NCBI GenBank assembly: GCA_020696385.1
Contig: JAEHCQ010000001.1
Coordinates: 1 to 64,000 of the forward strand
Direction of reading: 5' to 3'
DNA length: 64,000 bases
Source: Methanobacteriota archaeon
GTDB taxonomy: Archaea > Thermoplasmatota > Thermoplasmata > SG8-5 > JAGLSY01
The notes below the pieces were generated by a model. That model was not told the DNA's origin. It saw only the letters and a list, made by a program, of their open reading frames with translations, and ran no database searches. The position numbers and the translations under genes are program-made. The stretch's first letter is position 1. The number at the start of each line of letters is the position of its first letter. Shown piece after piece: positions 58,499 through 64,000 of the stretch.

Positions 58499-61400
58499 TT
58501 AAGGCTTACTGTACTTTTCTTTTAGCATCTGATAAGTTTCTTCAGATACATGTCCCTCTGCATGTCTCAGCTCCAGTTTATCCAGCATTTCTTGGTTCTC
58601 GGGAGAGATTGGAGGTGGTGGAGCTACATAGTCAGATGGTGGAGGGGGAGGCGAAGGAGCTATACCTGATGGTGGAGGAGACTGCTGTTGTGGTGCCTGA
58701 GGCGGTTGCTGAACTTGAGCAATGGGTGGAGCAGGTTGAGCATGGATCCTCACAGGCTCTTTATCTTTCTTTCTCCTGGATGCCATTATCAAGATCAAAG
58801 CAAGCACTATGACAATTATGAGTAGCAGGATCAACCATGTCCAATCAAAACCACCATCATCTCCTTCGGCCAAGACCTCGATTATGACAGAATCAGTATC
58901 CCAATTACCTTCAATATCCGAGGCATTCAAGGAGACGATATAGGTTCCCTCATCCATGAATGTGAAGGTGGGGTTCTCACCATATAATTTGATCTCTTCG
59001 TCATCATAAGTGAAGGTCCAGGTATAATTGGATATGTCAAGGTCACCGGATGAGCCAGAACCGTCGAATTGGAAGATTGTTCCACATATGCAGTCTTTAT
59101 TACTCCCTGCATCTGCTTCTATGCTTGAAGGATCAGCATCTTCACCTTCTACCTTGATAGTTAATCTATCCGTAGCAGAATTGCCAGAGGAATCTATGAT
59201 ATTCAAGGTAATAAGATATGAACCTGGCAGCAAGAATTCGTATGAGAAAGAAGAACCGGCAAACACACGCTCCTGGCCATCATAGGTGAAGTTCCAGGAA
59301 TATGTCGATATGCCTATATTATCCATAGAGCCATTAGAGCTGAAATACAATAAGGGAACGGACTTGTCATCCACCAAGGCATGTACCTCGGGAATATCAT
59401 TGTCTATAACATCCAGAGATATCTGGGCAGTACTATTCCAATTGCCCAGAACATCACAGACTGAGATATAATAGATGAATTCCAGCGCATTGTCCGGCAT
59501 GGAAAGTTCGAGATTGTAATTGCTCAATCCAAATATGGACATTGTGTCATTATGCCAGCTTCCCAATCCAGTGGTCAGTTCATATCTGAAATTCAAATAG
59601 ACATCATCGATCCCGATGAGATCCTGCACGACACAGGTAGCTGTGAGATCATCACCTGTGGAAGGAGAGCCGGATGTAAGATCCAGTATCTCGGGCAATA
59701 GCTTGTAGCAGCCTTCGACATCAGCTACGGTTGAAACGGATTCGTACAGCAATGTGGTCGCATTGCCAGAGCGAGAATAGAATTGGTAATAGCCTTCGCC
59801 ATCAGCTGCATCGAAGTTCATTGAGAATGGGTAGGTCGTATCATTCGAGTATATCGACCATGCTCCCCATGTTGAATCATCTGAAGAGAAACTGTACCAG
59901 AACTCGACATATTCAGACCCAACGGCAGTAGCAGAAAGAGTCAGTGGAATGCTCATCCAATAATATTCTGATAGTGGTAGCATATCGGAAACTGGCTCGA
60001 TGACACCAAGGGCCACGACCTCGTCAGCATTGCCCAGATTGACCTCGACTTGATCCAATTTATCTGTCGCGATAGTGTAGAATTGATAAAATCCAGCATT
60101 TGTATAACTGAAGTTCCAGAAATATGGGGAGATAGTGGCATTCCCATAGGAACTCCAGGCACTCCAAGATAGATTATTGAGCGAGGAGCGATAGAATAAT
60201 TCCACCTGCTTTATGCCTACACCAGTATCGTTCGCTGTGGCATTTATGACCAGAGGATCATCGAAATTCCAGTATGGATTGATCACGTCTACTTGACTTG
60301 AAGGAAGTGTGATATCATAACCAACTGATGTATCCGACACTCCGGGAGCGACCTCATATGCACCAGAGGTCACATTTCCAGCCCTTGAGTAGAACTCGTA
60401 ATAGCCTTCACCATCGGGGAAAGTGAAGCTAGAGGTCCAGCTTGCATCAGAAGTGTCATTGGAATATTGAGACCAGGCACTCCATGTTGAATTATCAGAG
60501 GCGAAATGATACCAGAATTCCACGTATTCAGAACCAAATGCGGTTGCTGTTAATGCAAGTGGGCTTGTATTATGCCAGTAAGGAATAATTGAATCAGCCC
60601 ATGATACTGGCGATATTATATCATACATCGCCAGAGCATCTGCAGCTGCGGGCGCGACCTCATATACACCAGAGGTCACATTTCCAGCCCTCGAATAGAA
60701 CTCGTAATAGCCTTCACCGCCAGGGAAGGTGAAACTGGAGGTCCAGCTTGCATCAGAAGTGTCATTGGAGTATTGTGACCAGGCACCCCATGTTGAATTA
60801 TCAGAGGCAAAACGATACCAGAATTCAACATATTCCGCATCTGATGAGGTTGCTGTCAGTGGAAGTGGACCTGTATTATGCAGATATGGAGATACCGCAT
60901 CGATAGATGAGGCAATTGAAGTACCGTCGGTCCAGTTCACATTCCAATCATGGAGCTCGGGGCTGGCACTTCCATTTCCTGAAATGATCCCATGCAATCG
61001 TATAGATGGATACGCTGTAGAGTCCAGTCCAGAAATATCAATATTCGTGCCTGCCATATTTACAAAGCCAGATATGGGATCTCCAGTCACAACATCAAGT
61101 ATTGTGACTGTGATATTGTTCTCCGCACTAGGTTCGGATTTGGATATATCGAGGCTGTCCCATATCTTTCCAGCAGGCAGAGATATGGATTCTGAGGTGA
61201 TATTGCCTTTGGCAAAGTATGAAAGGGGCATTGTGGCCCAGTGTATCCGATATTGACCAGCTGTATTTCCAGCATACCACATCTTTGCATACCCATCCGT
61301 ATCAATAATTACAGATGGGTTGGTCACTGCTGTATCATCGGTGCCAGAAGAACTTTGTGGCAGGCTGAGACCATGCTTGGTCCAGTTATCACCATCAGAG

Positions 61401-64000
61401 GAAGTTGCATACAATATCTCTGCACCATTGGCACTGCTGGAGCCAGTGTAGAACATGTAATACAGGTCATCGATCTCAATTATATTTGGACATGCGGCTG
61501 AATTCTCATCACGGTCCCCAGGAGATCCTATATCGACAATCACGCCTATTTTTGTCCAGGCGATTCCATCAGGTGAAGTTGCCAGGTGAATCCTGAATAT
61601 ATTGGATGTATCAGAACCTCCATAGAACATTCTATATTCGCCATTGGACTTGAGCACGGACTTAAAGGCCGTGTGCTTATCATCAGTACCTCCTGGCAAT
61701 CCACCAAGAGGTATAACAACACCATATTTTGTCCAGGTGATACCATCGGTAGAAGTTGCATAATGGATCTTCCATTCAGTACCATCATGCCCATCATACC
61801 ACATCTTATAGATTGAATCTTCTTTGATGACATATGGATACCCAGTATGTCTATCATCTGAACTGCCAGAGCTGCCCAATGGCACAACAGATCCAAGCTT
61901 AGTCCATGCTATACCATCGGTAGAAGTTGCATAACATACACGATAGGTCATTGACAGATCAACACCAGTATACCACATTTTATAAATGCCATCATCCTTG
62001 ATCACATAAACCCCCAGGTTCATATGTCTGTCATCTCCAACTGCACTCAGATCAAAAGCTAAATTCTGCTTATCCCATGTATCAAACTCAATATGGAATG
62101 GTGTTTTGGCATAATGGATCCTGTAAGCACTGCCATCATGGCCCGTGTACCACATCTTGATATAGCCATCTGAGTCTAGTAGGACTCTGGGAGCTATGAG
62201 CCGATCATCATCTGAATCTCCGGGAGCCCCTGGCACTACTGCTTGCCCTTGCTTTGTCCATGTCAAACCATCAGAAGAGCTTGCATAAAGGACATAACTC
62301 ACACCGAATGAAGGAGCTCCTCTGTACCACATATGGTATTCACCATTTAGCTTGAGAACAGACGGTTCGCCTGAGATCAGCATGTCGTATGTTCCACCAT
62401 TGGGAACTGCGATTCCTTGTTTTGTCCATGACAGACCATCAGCAGATGTCGCATAGATAACGTCCCCACTTGTCGAGCTGGAGAGACCGAAATACCACAT
62501 TTTATAGATCCCATCTTCTTTGATTATCGATGGAGAACTTAATCCAAAATCATCATACGAGCCACCAGTTCCCAGATTCAGACCTGTGGCAACACCTTGC
62601 TTACTCCATGTCATTCCATCTGCAGAAGTAGCATAATGCATCCTGTAATTACTACCATCATGTCCGCCATACCACATTTTGTAGGTCGCGCCTTCTTTCA
62701 TCACAAAGGGACTGGATATATGGGCATCATCTGTTGCCCCAGAGGTCCCAATGTCTAGTACAAGGCCCTGCTTGTTCCAGGTCACCCCATCAGAGGAGTC
62801 TGCATAAAGTACACGATTATTACTGCCGTCATAGCCAGTATACCACATCTTGTATGTGGATCCATCCTTAATTATTCCAGGGGCAGTTGTCCAAGTAGAA
62901 TCCTGTGAATAAGTACCTATGTCAACTGCAACACCCTGCTTGTCCCAACTCATGGGCTCGAATGATCTGGGGTTCATGGTGGCTAGGAGCAATCTATACT
63001 TGTTAACAGGAGCCCAGTTAGTTCCACTGTACCAATGCTTTAAGGAGCCATCAGAATCTATAATGACATGTGATTGAGATACACTCTGATCTTCTCCAAC
63101 CACATCCCCATAGTTTATGTCGAGACCTTTCTTATCCCAGTTGATACCATCTATTGATGTTGCATATAGGATGGTGAGGCGAGAGCCCGTATCTCTACCA
63201 CTGTACCACATGTTATATATGCCCCCCAGCCTGATGACACTTGGAAAGTATACTCCTGTTGCTTCATAGGATGATGACCCATAGTCTATGACACGCCCCT
63301 GCTTGACCCAGGTAATTCCATCTGTAGAAGTAGCATGGAATATTCTCAAACCAGATCCATCATAGCCAGTATACCACATTTTGTAAGTGCCGCCTTCTAT
63401 TAACACAGTGGGTGATGAAACAAATACATCCTCCTGCGAGCCCCCTATATCAAGAGCTATACCCTGTTTGGCCCAGGTGATCCCATCAGGCGAAGTGGCA
63501 TATAGTATCCTATAATTACTACCATCACCACCAGCATACCACATCTTGTAAATGCCGCTGTCCTTCAGAACATATGACATTCTAATATCGTTGCTGTCAT
63601 ATACTCCGCCTGGACTCAAGACAACACCTTGCTTGTTCCAATTCTCCCCATCAGTAGAGGTGGCATATATTATTTTGAAGGTTACACCTCCATCATTACT
63701 CCCACTATACCACATCTTGTAAATTCCATTATCAGTGATCACACATGAGTACATGGCATGGTCACTATCACTAGCTGTGTCAGTATCCACAACAATACCC
63801 TGCTTAACCCAATCTTTCCAGTATATGGAAGTGTTCAATGATACATCATGATCGATTCTGACATCATTGTATTCAGAGACACGAGTAATATTCTCAAAAG
63901 TATCATTCCACCCATCACCAGCTGCATAGACCACCGCTGGTACATCCTCGGCCATTGCCGAGCCCATTGGTACGATCAAAGATGATAGCATTATGCTCAA
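58499..64000 (-). CDS. Giant surface protein (5' end probably outside the window): 3 five-bladed propellers, Ig-like repeats, 2 PKD, TM, Pro/Gln linker, SHOCT-like tail
   Basis: 15 YKMWY-type blades counted; GEGYYEFYSRA repeats; ADAG..FDGSGS PKD; C-terminal EGHVSEETYQMLKEKY. The frame is open to the window edge. Confidence 0.85.
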   Translation of the reverse strand: MSIMLSSLIVPMGSAMAEDVPAVVYAAGDGWNDTFENITRVSEYNDVRIDHDVSLNTSIYWKDWVKQGIVVDTDTASDSDHAMYSCVITDNGIYKMWYSGSNDGGVTFKIIYATSTDGENWNKQGVVLSPGGVYDSNDIRMSYVLKDSGIYKMWYAGGDGSNYRILYATSPDGITWAKQGIALDIGGSQEDVFVSSPTVLIEGGTYKMWYTGYDGSGLRIFHATSTDGITWVKQGRVIDYGSSSYEATGVYFPSVIRLGGIYNMWYSGRDTGSRLTILYATSIDGINWDKKGLDINYGDVVGEDQSVSQSHVIIDSDGSLKHWYSGTNWAPVNKYRLLLATMNPRSFEPMSWDKQGVAVDIGTYSQDSTWTTAPGIIKDGSTYKMWYTGYDGSNNRVLYADSSDGVTWNKQGLVLDIGTSGATDDAHISSPFVMKEGATYKMWYGGHDGSNYRMHYATSADGMTWSKQGVATGLNLGTGGSYDDFGLSSPSIIKEDGIYKMWYFGLSSSTSGDVIYATSADGLSWTKQGIAVPNGGTYDMLISGEPSVLKLNGEYHMWYRGAPSFGVSYVLYASSSDGLTWTKQGQAVVPGAPGDSDDDRLIAPRVLLDSDGYIKMWYTGHDGSAYRIHYAKTPFHIEFDTWDKQNLAFDLSAVGDDRHMNLGVYVIKDDGIYKMWYTGVDLSMTYRVCYATSTDGIAWTKLGSVVPLGSSGSSDDRHTGYPYVIKEDSIYKMWYDGHDGTEWKIHYATSTDGITWTKYGVVIPLGGLPGGTDDKHTAFKSVLKSNGEYRMFYGGSDTSNIFRIHLATSPDGIAWTKIGVIVDIGSPGDRDENSAACPNIIEIDDLYYMFYTGSSSANGAEILYATSSDGDNWTKHGLSLPQSSSGTDDTAVTNPSVIIDTDGYAKMWYAGNTAGQYRIHWATMPLSYFAKGNITSESISLPAGKIWDSLDISKSEPSAENNITVTILDVVTGDPISGFVNMAGTNIDISGLDSTAYPSIRLHGIISGNGSASPELHDWNVNWTDGTSIASSIDAVSPYLHNTGPLPLTATSSDAEYVEFWYRFASDNSTWGAWSQYSNDTSDASWTSSFTFPGGEGYYEFYSRAGNVTSGVYEVAPAAADALAMYDIISPVSWADSIIPYWHNTSPLALTATAFGSEYVEFWYHFASDNSTWSAWSQYSNDTSDASWTSSFTFPDGEGYYEFYSRAGNVTSGAYEVAPGVSDTSVGYDITLPSSQVDVINPYWNFDDPLVINATANDTGVGIKQVELFYRSSLNNLSWSAWSSYGNATISPYFWNFSYTNAGFYQFYTIATDKLDQVEVNLGNADEVVALGVIEPVSDMLPLSEYYWMSIPLTLSATAVGSEYVEFWYSFSSDDSTWGAWSIYSNDTTYPFSMNFDAADGEGYYQFYSRSGNATTLLYESVSTVADVEGCYKLLPEILDLTSGSPSTGDDLTATCVVQDLIGIDDVYLNFRYELTTGLGSWHNDTMSIFGLSNYNLELSMPDNALEFIYYISVCDVLGNWNSTAQISLDVIDNDIPEVHALVDDKSVPLLYFSSNGSMDNIGISTYSWNFTYDGQERVFAGSSFSYEFLLPGSYLITLNIIDSSGNSATDRLTIKVEGEDADPSSIEADAGSNKDCICGTIFQFDGSGSSGDLDISNYTWTFTYDDEEIKLYGENPTFTFMDEGTYIVSLNASDIEGNWDTDSVIIEVLAEGDDGGFDWTWLILLLIIVIVLALILIMASRRKKDKEPVRIHAQPAPPIAQVQQPPQAPQQQSPPPSGIAPSPPPPPSDYVAPPPPISPENQEMLDKLELRHAEGHVSEETYQMLKEKYSKP
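60348..60835. repeat. Intragenic direct repeat (~180-bp high-identity core, 306-bp period)
   Basis: 60348-60529 versus 60654-60835 encode near-identical Ig-like modules. Confidence 0.85.

Noticed and set aside
60348-60835. Near-identical repeat pair as a possible DGR template/variable repeat
   Set aside because: Both copies are in frame in one gene, differences are mixed and mostly synonymous rather than adenine-specific, and there is no reverse transcriptase in the window.

Overview
Archaeal chromosomal segment, most consistent with an uncultured Thermoplasmatota. The evidence is archaeal-type TyrRS and AspRS, a two-unit EndA, PurP, Pth2, Hjc, Elp3, a tRNA-Leu(TAG) without encoded CCA, and TATA-like promoters; this assignment is inferred from gene types. 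About 60 CDS are mostly housekeeping or membrane genes. I found no CRISPR array, rRNA, integrase or transposase. Three themes stand out. (1) A dispersed, eukaryote-flavoured signalling toolkit: an operon encoding a membrane TPR/zinc-ribbon scaffold, a KaiC-like ATPase and two Rab-like GTPases; a Roadblock plus GvpD-like ATPase pair; two STAND-TPR proteins, one with a longin/roadblock-like domain inserted in the ATPase; and an output-less double-HAMP membrane protein coupled to a small helical protein that resembles the tail of the second GTPase. (2) Two families of intergenic structured elements, each present twice: a triple-hairpin 5' leader with compensatory base changes (38.0 kb and 44.0 kb), and a ~150-nt element (6.2 kb, and inside a 108-bp duplication at tRNA-Leu). 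REP-like and IS200/IS605-end-like palindromes are also scattered through the window. (3) Two paralogous surface proteins with one versus three five-bladed propellers and SHOCT-like tails. All family calls come from motif reading by eye; no database search was run.
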